Below, one piece after another: positions 49,049-63,206 of a stretch of DNA of 64,000 bases. The notes beneath the pieces were generated by a model. That model ran no database searches, was not told where the DNA came from, and was given only the letters and a program-made list of their open reading frames with translations. The DNA lies in contig NC_043005.1 in assembly GCF_006345805.1 (NCBI RefSeq), forward strand, positions 2,170,001 through 2,234,000. Direction: 5' to 3'. A program made the position numbers and the translations under genes. Position 1 is the first letter of the stretch, and the number at the start of each line of letters is the position of its first letter. This DNA comes from Octopus sinensis (taxonomy: Eukaryota).

Positions 49049-49440
49049 TATATATGTATGTATGTATATATATATATTATATATATATACATGTATATAA
49101 ACATACATGTGTATGTATGACGCTTATTCGTTCATTCCACTCTTCGTTCTTTCGTTCCCCCTCTCTCACATTTCTTTGCTTTCTCTTCTTACCCACTTTC
49201 CCTCCACTTTTCACTTCACTGTGTCCCTGTCATTTTTTCTCGCCCCTCCTTAATTCTTTTGTCTCTCTGCCTCTCTCTCTCTCTCTCTCTCCTCTTCCCA
49301 CGTGACCGGCGTTCAGCCAAGCCTGATCTTTCTTTCCTGACCTGGACGGTGTCCGTGCAACATCGATATTACTCCCTCTGTCTGTGAAATTTTATATACC
49401 AACCGTAAGTCTTCATTTCCACACGCCAGCTTAATTTAAT

Positions 49441-49790
49441 TCGTCCTTAGTCGAAAGACACCTGTTGTTATGTCCTGTTATTATTTTTATTGTATTTGTG
49501 TAACATTGTCCGTTTTTTCCGTCCTTGTTTTTGTATACATTCGCTGCTTTCTTCCAAAGAATCTAACGCTCTTAGCTTAGTTTTTCCTTGGAGCTGGCCA
49601 GATTGGAGCAATCTCGAGTATAACCAGCCGAAATTGCGAAGATAATCTGGAACTCGACTGAAGAGCGAAAATTCCGAATGACCCGTCCTTGTTTTCTTTG
49701 TATCGACTATCTGGATGTTTTGTTGTCCCTTTCTTGTATCACCTAACTGTCTGGATATTTTGCGTTCTTGTCTCATGTTGTATTTTTGAT
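49441..49790 (+). mobile_element. About 340-bp non-coding interspersed repeat ending at a (TA)-type microsatellite, copy 1
   Basis: GTCCTTAGTCGAAAGACACCTGTTG...GATAATCTGGAACTCGACTGA matches the reverse complement of 55957-56290. Confidence 0.8.
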
Positions 49791-50719
49791 ACATACATAT
49801 ATAGCGGCGTACGTACACTTTGGTCTCTTATATATGTATGTATGCATGTATGCATGTATGTATGCCCAAGATACACTCAGGTGAAGGCTAAAATAAACGA
49901 CAGTTCTGCCATCAATCTGATGATGACTGCATTTTCCCTCTTTACTTTTGGTCTGTTCAATCCATGCAAGAAGGTTGTTTGGGTAAAGGGAGAAATTTAA
50001 CGACTAGCGACTATAACGATGCTTATAACGCCATAATGGTTATAACGCTAAGAACCATTGAACGCCTTTAACTCGCCCTCTCGCTGGCTAATGTTCAATT
50101 AGGAAACGCACTTCCGGTGAGAGTCAATATTTCAGCCATTTTCATTTTGCTTTACTCAAATAATGTCACGAACGAAGGTGAAAGTCTTAATTAATTAATT
50201 AGTTACCAGCTGGATTATATTGCTGTTACTACTGTTGTTTAATAAATATTGTTGTTCTTGTTGTTTATAATGTAATGTTAGTATTACTTACGTCGCTGCT
50301 GGGGTTCTCTTTGCTATTATTATCGTTCATGAAGATGATGATGAAGATAATGATGATGATGCCACTTATTCTGATACTTCTTTGTATTTGTATATTCGTG
50401 TGGATGGGTTGGGGTAACTCTTCCTCGTTTTGCGTGTCCAGGGTTTTGTGAATGTAGGAATGCGTGACAATAGCTCCTTCTATGATATTGTGTTCTACAG
50501 ATACAGCCAGTGTATGTGTCTAGTCGTGAGTTTGCATGTACACACACACACACGTGTGTATATGTGTGTGTGCGCGTATCTTTATAATATATATAGGAAG
50601 AGATACATATATACATGTATGTATGTATGCATGCATGTATGTATGTATGTATGTATGTATGTATGTATGTATGTATGTATGTACGTACGTACGTATGTAT
50701 GTATATAGGCATGTATGTA

Positions 50720-51330
50720 TGTGCAGATTTGTATGTTTTATGTATATAGTTACATATCAAGACATGCTCATAGATATTTAAATGATAAACTTCTGGAAAG
50801 TTTTACAGATTTGTACAATTCCAGTGATGGATTCGATCTGTAGTCTTCGAATTAGCTTTCTCTTTTCTGGTTTTGAGAAGCTTAATTTCTCAAGGCTGGT
50901 ATTTAGGCAGTGTGTTACATATCCCAGGGCCCCAATAATTACAGGTATAAACCTGAACTTGTAATATGGATAGAGTAACTGCAGACTTCTTAATAGTTCA
51001 GCATAGGTGTTCTCTTTTTCACTGATCTTCAGCTTTATGTTAACATCCGCCGCGCAACTAATTTCCACAACTGCACACATTTTCTCATCTCTATCCCAAA
51101 TCATTACATCAAGTCTATTGTGTTTACATTTTATTGAGGTCTTTACTGGTACATTCCATCAGTAGTCCTCTTTATTATGAGTGGCTATGGCTTCTACCAT
51201 ATTGTGGGTTTTTATCTCTTTGGACTCGGGATTATCCTTCCGATGGATTTCAATATAGAGTGTCCTAGCTACAACCTCATGTCTCATCGGTAGATAATAC
51301 CATGATGACATTGTCAGACAACTGCACCGG
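50720..51330 (-). mobile_element. R4-like RLE retrotransposon 3' end with (CATA)n tail
   Basis: RHEVVARTLY...HNRLDVMIWD...VVEISC...KENTYAEL...FIPVIIGALGYV (RLE domain). Confidence 0.82.
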
Positions 51331-52867
51331 TTGTCACATTATACGGATGTGTGTATGTATGTATCTATGTACGCTATCCTGAAGTGTCATTGCGTCTGGT
51401 GTTTCTCTATTTTGCGGTTGTGTTCAATAAATGAGCAAACATTTTACGTGGATGTAATTCGTGTCTCAGCGCCGCTCATCCCAACGCGTCTTCGGTTTGC
51501 GTATTTATTCATTTGCGTGGTTTTCTTGTTTTTGTTTGTGTCCTCGTGTACATGTGTCTGCGTTGTTGGTGAATATTTGCGTCCATATCTGTCGGTCCAA
51601 GCGTTTCTTGATCTCCTATGAAAGTATGAAGAAATGGAAAAGCATGTATGTATATTCTTGTATCTATAAGGTAGTGACAATTTGAGAATGGATATATACT
51701 AGTCTGTATATACGAATATTGAAGTAATTATTCAGTTTGCATAAGCCCCCTCTGGCAAATAGGTTAGTTACCCCACCGTGACTAAAGGAAATGAAGGTTC
51801 TTTGAAGTTTTAGTAAGCTCAGTTCCGTCTCTCTGACTCCGTAGTTTAGTAAATTAGTCACGTGGCTGAGAACAACCTTGACAGTCGTTGAATTGGCAGA
51901 AATGGTTGGGAGTTTAGTTGGAACTCTTTTGGTTCCAAGTTTAAATTCCATCGGGAGTAGATTATCGTTAATTGGTTTGTGGCTGATTAAAGATTCGATA
52001 TTTATTCGTCTTATTCGATTTTTCACAAATCTGATATGGCGAAGCTTTTGTCAGCCTCGATTATGACAATTTACTCGTTCGATTATTAGAATTCGAATCA
52101 GGAAATTAACGATTAAATCATTTGGGTATTTCACATGAGTCTTTAGCACAGTTCTCAAACCGACTTCCTTTATCAAAATGCAACAACGCATGTTCCTTGA
52201 ATTAAAAGTATAAACTGCAGAAAGGGACAAAAATTCACACTAGGCTGCTTCTTTATTTGTTGACCGTGCAAAATGAAAGGTAAAGTAAATTTTCAGGTCT
52301 TTTATGGGTCTTTGAGACGTTTGGTGATACAGAAGCAAATAGAAATTAGTGTGTAATGCATTAGTGCAGACAAACTCTTCAGGAAACGAAAGGAAAATGG
52401 TGGATCACATTGTACCCAGTTAGAGGAAACAACATATTATGACATATTAAATATCAATATTCTAAAGACTCACGCTACGTTATTTTCTTGCTGCGCTTAA
52501 TATTTCCATTATATTTTTTAATTTCATACATCAGTTATTTCTTGCAGCAGACAACTTTAATTATCTTCTGGTTTATATCCGATGGCATATGATTTTTTCT
52601 GAAGATGAACATGAACATCTGTGCGCGTGCGCATATGTCTTTCACAGTTGCATAAATATATTTCTGCTTGTCTGTCTCTCTGTTTGTACACATCAGAACC
52701 GTCATTAACTATCAACTGAAATGTATACACACTCATATATAGGTGTGTGTGTATGTATATATGTATATGTATGTATGTGTGTGTATATATATATATATAT
52801 ATAAGAGGTAATGGTGTCAGTAAAACCAAAAAGTGTCAGGTAATGCTAAGTGCTATCTATCTATCTG

Positions 52868-52985
<118 letters not shown>

Positions 52986-53629
52986 ATTATATATATATAT
53001 ATATCAAAAGGGTTAGAGAGAGAGGTAGGTAGGTAGATAGATAAATAGATGATAGATAGATGATAGATAGATAGATAGATAGACACTCACACACTTGTTG
53101 TCTCCGTTTTGTGTGTCTGTGCACGCTCGCGTGTGTGTGTGTGTGTTCGCCTCCATTTAACGCTTCGTGATGAATGCCTGCTTTCTCCACTAATGACGAT
53201 GGTGCGACTGAATGGAAGATAAGCCGTGACAGAAGCAGAGTATAAAACAGTAGCAAAAGTTATGGATGAGGATAGCCAAAGCTGAAGAGATGATGATAGG
53301 TAAGGGGTGAGGGTAGGCAAGATAATTGAAATGTTTCTAGAATTTAAATCCTAAAAGATTTACATTTCTGGAAAATAATATGTATCGAGGCTAGGTGCAA
53401 CATAATAGAAAACTTCTCCTATATACTTATATGTGTATGGGTGTGTGTTTGTGTGTGTGCGTGCGTGTGTGTGCGTGTGTGTGTGTGTGTACACATACAA
53501 ACAGTCCACATACGCACACATACATGCACAATCACGCGTGTACGCGCGCACACACACACATATCACAAACTACAGCATATCTCTTTTTATGAGAATCGTC
53601 AGTGGGATTTTTACGCTTTCAGTTGAAAC

Positions 53630-53699
53630 GAATGGTAAAGAGAATGGTAAAGAGAATGGTAAAGAGAATGGTAAAGAGAATGGTAAAGAGAATGGTAAA
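53630..53699. repeat. 12-bp minisatellite (GAGAATGGTAAA), about 6 units
   Basis: Direct reading, no spacers. Confidence 0.9.
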
Positions 53700-53899
53700 T
53701 GTATCTTCGGAATATATTAGCAAATATACACGACGAAGCATTGATTTGAATGGGAGATGAGAAATAGAAAGACACCATATTTTCATATTTTCGGGTTCAA
53801 AAAACCATGACATGTATTTTCTATCATAACTCATCTCTCTCACTCTCTCATTCTCTTCGTTTGTTTGTTTCTTTCTTTCTCCTTCTCTCTCCCTCTCTA

Positions 53900-53930
<31 letters not shown>

Positions 53931-53982
53931 TCACACACACATACATATTTAAGAAATACGTATATGAACACATATATAGATG

Positions 53983-54037
<55 letters not shown>

Positions 54038-54357
54038 ATCTATATGTACATATATAAATACATAGATATATATGATATATATGTAAGTGTGTGTGTGTGT
54101 ATGTATTTGCTTTGCAAGATTCCTGGTGTGAAATCGTGTGTTGAAACTGATATTACTCTACTTGGTAATGGTCATAATTGGAGACAAAGCAGCGGAAAAG
54201 AAGACATCTGGGATAAAGAGACGTTGACGAGATCACAGGATGTGTCACGAACGAGCTTTGACAAAAAGAAAATTATTATAATAAAGCCGAGGTGAAGGTC
54301 AAACATATAGGGCGTGTTTTTAATTGGCAAAATATGACCTTCCACAAGCATAACTAC

Positions 54358-54493
<136 letters not shown>

Positions 54494-54673
54494 TTATGTA
54501 TTTATGTATGTATGTATGTATTTATGTATGTATGTATGTATGTATGTATGTATGTATGTATGCATGTATGTATAATAAAACGAATGGTTTACACCGGTCA
54601 CTTTCAAAGTATTCGTTATGTACATAGTAAATGAAAGACGGAAGATGGAAAATACGAGAATTTTCATTATTAA

Positions 54674-54749
54674 TAATCTCAGCAATTGTTTTGAGACATC
54701 CAGCATCAATTCCTTACGGGTGGGACAGATGTGTCTCATCAGATGATAA
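54674..54749 (-). ncRNA. Decayed type I hammerhead (GAAA to AAAA, GUH to GCU)
   Basis: TTATCAT CTGATGA GACACATCT...GGATGTCTC AAAAC AATT GCT GAGATTA. Confidence 0.6.
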
Positions 54750-55781
54750 ATCGATACAACTCGTTAAAATAACTCCCTTACTGGATCAAGTTAACATACG
54801 AATCTAAATACAAACAAAAGATAATTAAACCGCAATGGAAAGCATCAATTACTGTCAAATTGCAATAGCAAAAATGCTTATGATACAGATAACACAGTAA
54901 CAACGGCGGAAGATGAAGCCGGAACTGCCATAAATACAAATAAATATGATAAATGCTCATGCAGAGAAAAATCAAAATGTCCATTGATGAACCGCTGTAT
55001 GAGTACAAATCTTGTATATAAATGTACCGTGCACACAAGGGTAGGGCCGTATGTTTACATTGGATAGACGGCTGATTCATTTAAAAATCGTTATCGCGAC
55101 CATGTCGCCAGCTTCAAGGGAGTCAATTAACGGCATTCAACATCTTTGGCCGATTTTGTATGGCGACTGAATGAAGATGAAATTAAGTACAATATAACTT
55201 GGTCCATAATAAGGCACGCAAAACCATACAGTATCATATCCAGTAGATGCCAACTTTGCTCCGAAGAATCCCTGTCTATTCTGTGGACCAATGAGAAGAT
55301 CATTAATAGAATTTCTGAAAGACTCTCAAGATCCCTCTATGCATATAAATATAATTTCACGCAATTGCAGTGGGAATGAATTTGAGTAAGTGTTAACATA
55401 ATTTATCATTTACGGTATGGATGAATTAAGTTTAGCTTTAACCTCACCATTCTTATAAATACCAAGCAGCTATTTAACTCGCTTTGTGATCGTGAGTGCA
55501 CCAAACTACACGTGTGCGTATGCTTACATTTTCGCGAATGCCTGTAGAAGTGAGTGGGCACGCGCCATGCAACTTACTCGCGCGTCTTTATACATCCTTA
55601 TCTGTTAACGGTTATTTTTAATACTTTTCTCACTGTGTTGCGTGTTCGTTTCTTTTTTGCATCCGTGATTTTATTTTTGATGTTCTATATAAATGAAGAT
55701 ATTTCCTTCGTTTTGCTGTTTTTCTTTCTACGAAATGAGAAGATACATTACGGAACTGTTATTTTAAGGAGTTGTATCTAT

Positions 55782-55891
55782 TTATCACCCGATGAGATAC
55801 ATCTACACCGCCGGATGCTCCTGAACCAGTTGTTAAGTGTCTCCCCCGCGAGGGATCGGTGCTGGATGTGTCGAAACAATTGTTATGATTA
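55782..55891 (+). ncRNA. Type I hammerhead with long stem II and one core substitution (CCGAUGA)
   Basis: TTATCAC CCGATGA GATACATCTACACCG...CGGTGCTGGATGTGTC GAAAC AATT GTT ATGATTA. Stem II about 15 bp. Confidence 0.7.
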
Positions 55892-55923
55892 TTAATAATT
55901 CTTTCGTCTTTAATTTTCATTTA

Positions 55924-55956
<33 letters not shown>

Positions 55957-55959
<3 letters not shown>

Positions 55960-56290
55960 GAATAAAAAAAATGGGACAAGAATGCAAAACATCCAGACAG
56001 ATGATACAAAAGAGGGACAAGAAAAAACACGACGGGCCATTCGAAGTTTCCTTTCCTCAGTCGAGTTCCAGATTATCTTTGCAATTTCGGCTGGTTATAT
56101 TCGAAAGTGCTGCAATCTGGTCAGTGCCAAGGAAAAACTAATCTAAGAGCATCAGATTCCTCGGAAGAAAGCAGCAAATGTATACGAAAACAAGGACGAA
56201 AAAAGGAGAAATGGTACACAAATACAAATGCAAATAACAGACCATAACAACAGGTGTCTTTCGACTAAGGACTAAGGACTAAGGACGAGT
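55957..56290 (-). mobile_element. About 340-bp interspersed repeat, copy 2
   Basis: Homologous to 49441-49790, abuts (TA)n. The other end has CTAAGGA repeated three times. Confidence 0.8.
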
Positions 56291-57431
56291 GTACTGGTGC
56301 AACGTGAAATGAAGTGTTTTGCTCAATAACACAATGTACAGTCGGTCCTGGGAATCGAAAGCTCGACCTTGCGATCGCGAATGCAACACCCTGAGACACT
56401 CACATAAATACACACTCACGCACAGACACACATACGCACGCACATATATGTGTAAGTGTGACTTATTTTATGAATTCTATCGGAATAAAAGTCCAAGATC
56501 TAATCCGGATTACGCCTCGTCCGTCAAGGGATATAACTAAATACATTTGTGACGTTCCACCATTTGTCAAACTCTCGATGTTGTATACGATTAATTAAAT
56601 TTCTAAAAATCTAATTTTGTTTTTATTCAATTTTCTCTCAACAACAATAACAATATCATCAAATTATCACCGAAATATTTTACATTTTGCTTTAATTTAT
56701 TTTTTATTATTTATCAACTAATTTTGTTAGGAAAAATGTTTTCATTTTTTATTCATATTTAATTATTAATTAACAATAATTAGTTACGTTAAACATGAAC
56801 ACTGTGTGTGTGCGTGTGTGCGTGTGTGTTGTGTACCTATGTGTCTTTGGTCAGCGTTCGTACGAGACTGACACATACACACACACACATGCACATAGAT
56901 ACATACATATAGATAGATAGATAGGTAGATAGATAGATAGATAGGTAGATAGATAGATAGGTAGATAGACCCACTCACATACATTCATTCGTATAGTTGT
57001 GTGAGGATATGAAAATGTTAACTTGATTGCTTCATAATTCGTTTATCAATGATTACATATTCCAAATATTAGTTTGTTGTGGAGCATGCAGGGGGTGAGA
57101 TAGGTAGGCATAGAAAGAGAGAGAAAAGACGAGAGTGATGCTATGTTTATGTTTATGTATGTGTGTATGTGTGTGTGGGGGGAGGTGCAAATTAGGTCTC
57201 TAGAAATTAACTCCCAGAATGCCACTTCAGTTGTACACTCATTATTTACGTGAGAATTTAAGTTTTTGAAGAAGTTTTTCTTTCTTTTTTACTTTCTGAT
57301 GTTGCTTTCTGTTTAGATTTATATATAAACACTTTTGGACAATTTCTTTCTAAAACATATATACATAGACACACACACACACGCACGCACATGCGCACAT
57401 ATAAGAAACATAAGTATCGATTAAAAGATAG

Positions 57432-57464
<33 letters not shown>

Positions 57465-59760
57465 TAGAGAGAGAGAGGGGGGTAAGAAAGACAGAGGCAA
57501 ACAAGAAAGAGAGAGCTACACGTGCGCGTGTGGGTGTGCAGCGGTGTGCGTGTGTTCGAAACGTAAATCCTATTTTAATAATTGTAACAGAATTAATGTT
57601 GATGTGAAAGGAAAATGATTTGAAGAAAACGTGGGAAGGAAAATAAAATCGATCTGATTTGTTACCAGTCTTTTTACAACTTTTAAAAATTCTGATTGCT
57701 ATAGATATTTTAAATGTGTAGTAATTAAAAATTCATTTTATTTTATTTTATTTTATTATTTATTTTTTTTTTTGCTTTAATGCCAGAAAATTACTGTCAC
57801 CTGTTGGAATATTCTGTCTTTCATTGTCCTGTGCCCCATGCAATGCACTTAACTCTAGTTTCCGTGAGAGAACCGACCGACGACTCCCTTATCAAAGATG
57901 GATGGATAACGAAGAGAAAGAATGTGTCAAAGAATACTGAAATATTTTGTATTTTGTGCCTTGTCATGAAGAATCTCTTTATATTGCGCATGTTTCAGGT
58001 TTCAAAACCATCCTAGTTCGCATTACCATTCCATCCGTTTGAAACAGATAAAACGGTTCTAACAAAATTAATCACTGTTGTAAACAAATGCGTGCTTGTC
58101 ATTATTTTACAGACAAATATATGTCTGTGTATGTAAGCGATGCAACGGTACTCGAGTAACAAATCCGATAATGGCCTATGGTAATTGTGTGTGTGTTAAA
58201 TGGGATTCGTATAGATACGGGGCCGACAACGGAGTGTGTTTGGTTGCGTACGAGTATCATTTGGATAGTTATAGTGTTGTGAGTGTGAGGAATGCATGCA
58301 CGTCACCTCTTCTAGGTATTTAATGGTTTTTATGTAATATTGTATGAATACTTGAGATTTATTTATTCTGTGTTTTGCGAAGTCGATTTGGAAGAAATAA
58401 AGCAAAAAGCAAGATTAGGTGCAATAGGCTGAGGAAAAGTATCGCCTCTGTCAAGAATCTGTGTGTTAAAGAAATTATAAATACGACAGCAATTATCATT
58501 AAAGAAATGTCTAATAAAGATTTCAGTGATCGGCTGGACGTCTTCCTCGATTTTCAAGTTGATATCAGACACTTTGCTGAGCGTGAAACCGGATAAATAT
58601 GATTGTTACCAGACATTATGAACAACAGTTAAGAAATATAATTTCTTTACCGTTTATGGAATTATCTTTTCTCTGTTTATAGAATTATCCTTTCTTCCTC
58701 CCTCTCCCCACTCTAATGAAATGCCTCTAACAAACTACAGTCTACACACCAAATTATGTGTCTATTGTCTGTCTCTATGAACGGGGACATGGTTGAGTGT
58801 GACCTTCATGCTATGTTTAGCTCCTGCTAATCAAAGCCCTTTTAACTTTCAAATTTTAGTTTCAGATTTCTTTCTGGTTCCATTTTTATTTCGATTTTTG
58901 TTTTGTTTCTTTATTTCTAATACGCATCTAACTCTTGACGCCTCTTACTTTTGAAGTGGGAGTGAGGAGGAGATCACGGTTACCTGACAGGTATTTTGGC
59001 TTTTAAGCACTTTGAAATGTATAAGGTGTCTGTTATTTAGAAACTAACAGCATATTTCTTGATAGTTGGAGACACTTGCTGTTGCAAAACTATGAACGGA
59101 TTAAAAAACTATCAAGAGGCGATCATTCTGTAATCATTGCCAATAATGGCTTTTATTGTATCATACGGTATTACAGAAGAATTAGTTGGGAGAGAATCAT
59201 ATTCATAAACTGGGTACTGCTTGTTCATTTCGGGAGAGCGATTATAGAGTCGAAACCACATTGTCAGTGGGTTACGTCTGGGTGTAGGTGAGAAAAACCT
59301 GTATGAAGGCAGTCAATGTGTTGCAGTAAGAAGTCAGGGATCGTTCGATGCCTGAAAGCATAACTCAACCGTTTCAGGAGCATCTTTAATACACGTCACC
59401 AGTCCAACCTGTCCTTCATTCCTTCATTCCCGTCTCTCTCTGTATCTTTCTCTCAATCTATCTTGCTGGGGATGCGTGTGTCCGTATGCATACATAATAG
59501 ATACACACATCTACACACTAACATGCATACACATATAAGCATCTACACACAAACACACACACATACACACATGTATAATATCGCCTATACAAGAAAGATG
59601 AGACAGGAAAGACTAAAGAACCAAAAGCAAAAAATATCAAAATGAGAACACACACATTCACAATGCACACACACACACACACACACGCAAATATGCACAA
59701 GCGCACACATGCCGGTTTCTCTCCCTTTCTCTCCATATATATATACATACATACATACAT

Positions 59761-59793
<33 letters not shown>

Positions 59794-60096
59794 CATATAT
59801 ATATACATATATATATATAATATATATTATATATATATATGCATATAATATGCATATATATATACATATATGTATGTATATATATATGAATATATATATA
59901 TATATCCATGCATACATATATACATAAATACATACACATACACACATACATACATACACACACACTTACATACATATATGCACACTGGCATACATAGAGA
60001 GATGGCAAATCAAAGAGAGTGATTGGAAGACGGAAAGATTTAAAGAACTGTTCTCTGTGAATAATTACTTGTAGTCGACATCTGTCTATTTCCTGC

Positions 60097-60140
<44 letters not shown>

Positions 60141-60321
60141 TACAGTGCTATAGAATAAGTGATGTAGTTTTGAGAGACGCGGTGTATTAGTCGTTGAATT
60201 CACTGATGTTATTCAGAAGCGCATGAAATTGGGACTTTCTCTCTTTCACGCAGAATCGAGAGAAAAGTAATATTTTCTGGGTTCAGGGGTAGATTCACTC
60301 ACCTTGAAATGTGTAAGCTTA

Positions 60322-60636
60322 TTCTTCTTCTTCTTCTTCTTCTTCTTCTTCTTCTTCTTCTTCTTCTTCTTCTTCTTCTTCTTCTTCTTCTTCTTCTTCT
60401 TCTTCTTCTTCTTCTGCTCCTTCTTTTCTCTTCTTCTTCTTCTTCTTCTCTTCTTATGTCTTCTCGTCTTCTCTTCGTCTCTTTCTTCTTCTCTTTCTCT
60501 TCTCTCTTTCCTTCTTCTTCTTCTTGTTCTTCTCCTTGTTTCTTCTTCTTTCTTCTTCTTCTTCTTCTTCTCTTCTTCTTCTTCTCTTCTTCTTTTTCTT
60601 TCTTCTTCTTCTTCTCTTCTTCTTCTTCTTCTTTCC
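60322..60636. repeat. (TTC)n polypyrimidine microsatellite
   Basis: Direct reading. Confidence 0.95.
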
Positions 60637-60816
60637 TTAAACACACGCATACGTATATATATGTATTTAGTATGCGTATAGATTGTGTGAAGCGGTGTAT
60701 AGATTTATATATTAAGAAAAAGGAAGTTGTCAGAATTATGGATAATTATTTATTTTAGAGTTTTCCTCTCGTTTCCGGGAATCATGGGAAACGATATTTT
60801 TACAGAAAATTGAAGC

Positions 60817-60859
60817 TTGGCAGTTTGACGAAGGTTGCAGGTCGAAACGTCGAAGCCAA
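60817..60859 (+). ncRNA. Decayed minimal hammerhead-like motif
   Basis: TTGGCAGT TTGACGA AGGTTGCAGGTC GAAAC GTC GAAGCCAA. Distal stem I pairs TTGGC/GCCAA, stem III is loopless ACGT. Confidence 0.45.
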
Positions 60860-60949
60860 TGTCATTTATTTCCTTGTTAATGTATAATGAATATGTACCT
60901 TACAAAGAGGTGAGTATGACTTGGCCTTATAAGCCAATATATCTATATA

Positions 60950-60988
<39 letters not shown>

Positions 60989-61863
60989 AATACCACTAAG
61001 TAAGTTAGGGGTTATGGATCCAACCCACTAAGAGATAATATTTATCCAGTATACTGTTGGTATAATACCCAATTCTTAATACATAAATGTTTTTAATTGC
61101 AATGCAATTAATTAATTTATTGTATTAAATGGGTGAAGGTAAAGAAATATTTTACCATTAATCTATAATACAAATAAGAAAATGGAGAAACAATTTAGTT
61201 GGTTCATCAGCTTTTGGATATTAGAATGTTGACTTATTTATTCATTTAACAAAAATGAGAACCTTAATAGCATACATACAGACATTATAATTCAATACAT
61301 AGAAGATAAGAATACAATTATAAAAATCATAATATAAATTATTGAAATCATTCAATAATTTATGTTATGATTTTTATAATTGTATTATCTTATATGTATT
61401 GAATTATAATGTATATTAAGGTTCGCATTTTTGTTTTTTGAATGAATGGGTCAACATTCTGGTATCCGAGGGCTGGTGGGCCAACTGGGTTGTTTCTCCA
61501 TTTTCTTATTTGTATTTTATATATATATATATATATATACATATATATATGTAAATTATACAGATAAGAAGATAATTTATTTTGAAATGCAGAAACGCTG
61601 TTAGAACAGCAGAAACATTGGGTAAACTTGTCAAGAAACAGCCTTAAAATTAATGTTAGTTTGATCACTCCAGAAACGCGTGTGCCCATAACGCAATTCG
61701 CAGGAAGACTTGGCGTGACGCAGAGAGTAATAAGGCTTCGAAGTACAGGTGCTACTAATTTTTGCCATCTGAATGGACTGGAGCAACGTGTCTTGCTGAA
61801 GGACACAACGCGTCACCGGAATTGAACTCATGGCTGACGAATACCGAGCCACTAAGCCACGCG

Positions 61864-61936
<73 letters not shown>

Positions 61937-62023
61937 AATATTATTGAGACAAAACCAATATTGCAAAACACACAAGGAAAGACTTAATCAATACATAAAT
62001 TTTAATAAATAGTCAAAAAAACG

Positions 62024-62063
62024 CCACTACAATTGTTCTTGTCTGATCGACAATTTCAGGTGG
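62024..62063 (-). ncRNA. Decayed hammerhead remnant
   Basis: CCAC CTGAAAT TGTC-GATCA-GACA AGAAC AATT GTA GTGG. All three stems present, core eroded. Confidence 0.45.
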
Positions 62064-62934
62064 GACTTCCAATCTAAAATATCAAATTTTAAAATATAAA
62101 AATAATAATTTAAAAAATAATTAAAGTATGAATGAAAAAATATAAATATATAATCCATATATAACCTATAATAATCCATATATAATCAATATATAAACAA
62201 TTATAAACTAAAATAAACCTATCAACAATTAAATATAAAATATAAAATATAAAATATAAAATATAAAACCAAACAAAAAAAATAATAATAATATAATAAT
62301 AACTCTATATATACCCATACACATATACCTAATTATATATAACCATATCTAACTACATACACTAAATCACACCCCTATATATATATCCCTATACATACAC
62401 ATAAAAACGTCTAGGCAACTATAAATAAATAAAATAGCTAAATACTTCAACACAATACTTATTCATACTCCCACACGCACACACATACAACCCACATTCA
62501 CGCTCTAGAAAACGGACATCACTTAAAATTATGAACGGAGAAATAGAATAAATGGAATTAAAAATTATATTCACTTGGTAAAACTAACACTATATATATA
62601 TACATATATATACGTAAATATCAAACAATAACAATGAGTGCTCAAGACTGCCATTGGTGGAAAAAATTCTTTATCTGTGTACTAAGGTTATTTTTGTTGT
62701 TTCATGTTAAGAAAATATCTTTATATCTTAACAACTTTTCAAGCCTATCAGGTGGAGGAACTATGTACGTCTCTATTTTGGATTAAAACACGATTAAATC
62801 ACGTGAAATCACGCGTGGTCTTGAAATAAAAAGAACAAATATTCACATGAGGGCGAAATGGAGACGAATATTATTCCTTCATTTCATCAGTTTGAAAAGT
62901 TATTAAGATATTGTCCTAACATGAAACCAATAGC

Positions 62935-63085
62935 CACAACACATTCTTTATTTTCTCTCCTTGTTTCTCTCTGTGTGCCTTTCTGTGGAAGAGCGTTGGC
63001 TCGAAACGTTAAAGACTTTTTCAATTCCCGAGCGTTAAACTAATACACCACCTGTCTTCATCTTTTGTTTTTTTGTGAATTCTCC
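62935..63085 (+). mobile_element. Short (TA)n-terminated element with variant hammerhead-like fold (62977-63016)
   Basis: GCCTTT CTGTGGA A GAGC-GTTG-GCTC GAAAC GTT AAAGAC, same family as 31470-31650. Confidence 0.7.
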
Positions 63086-63086
63086 C

Positions 63087-63156
<70 letters not shown>

Positions 63157-63168
63157 TCTGTTCTTTAA

Positions 63169-63206
<38 letters not shown>

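Larger units (their letters stand above)
54655..55915 (+). mobile_element. Penelope-like GIY-YIG 3' fragment bracketed by inverted hammerhead-containing termini
   Basis: CSCREKSKCPLMNRC...LVYKC...YVYIG*TADSFKNRYRDH...LADFVWRL...RCQLCSEE. 54655-54750 is homologous to the reverse complement of 55780-55910. Confidence 0.85.

Noticed and set aside
51664-52230. Possible additional PLE or other retroelement remnant
   Set aside because: No diagnostic motif could be read with confidence in any frame.
53630-53699. Regular short direct repeats (CRISPR-like at a glance)
   Set aside because: Head-to-tail 12-mers with no unique spacers, eukaryotic context, no cas genes.
57780-58596. Several 70-80-aa ORFs and a plausible TTTTACAG acceptor at about 58110
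   Set aside because: No recognisable domain or consistent exon frame. Cannot be supported without transcript data.
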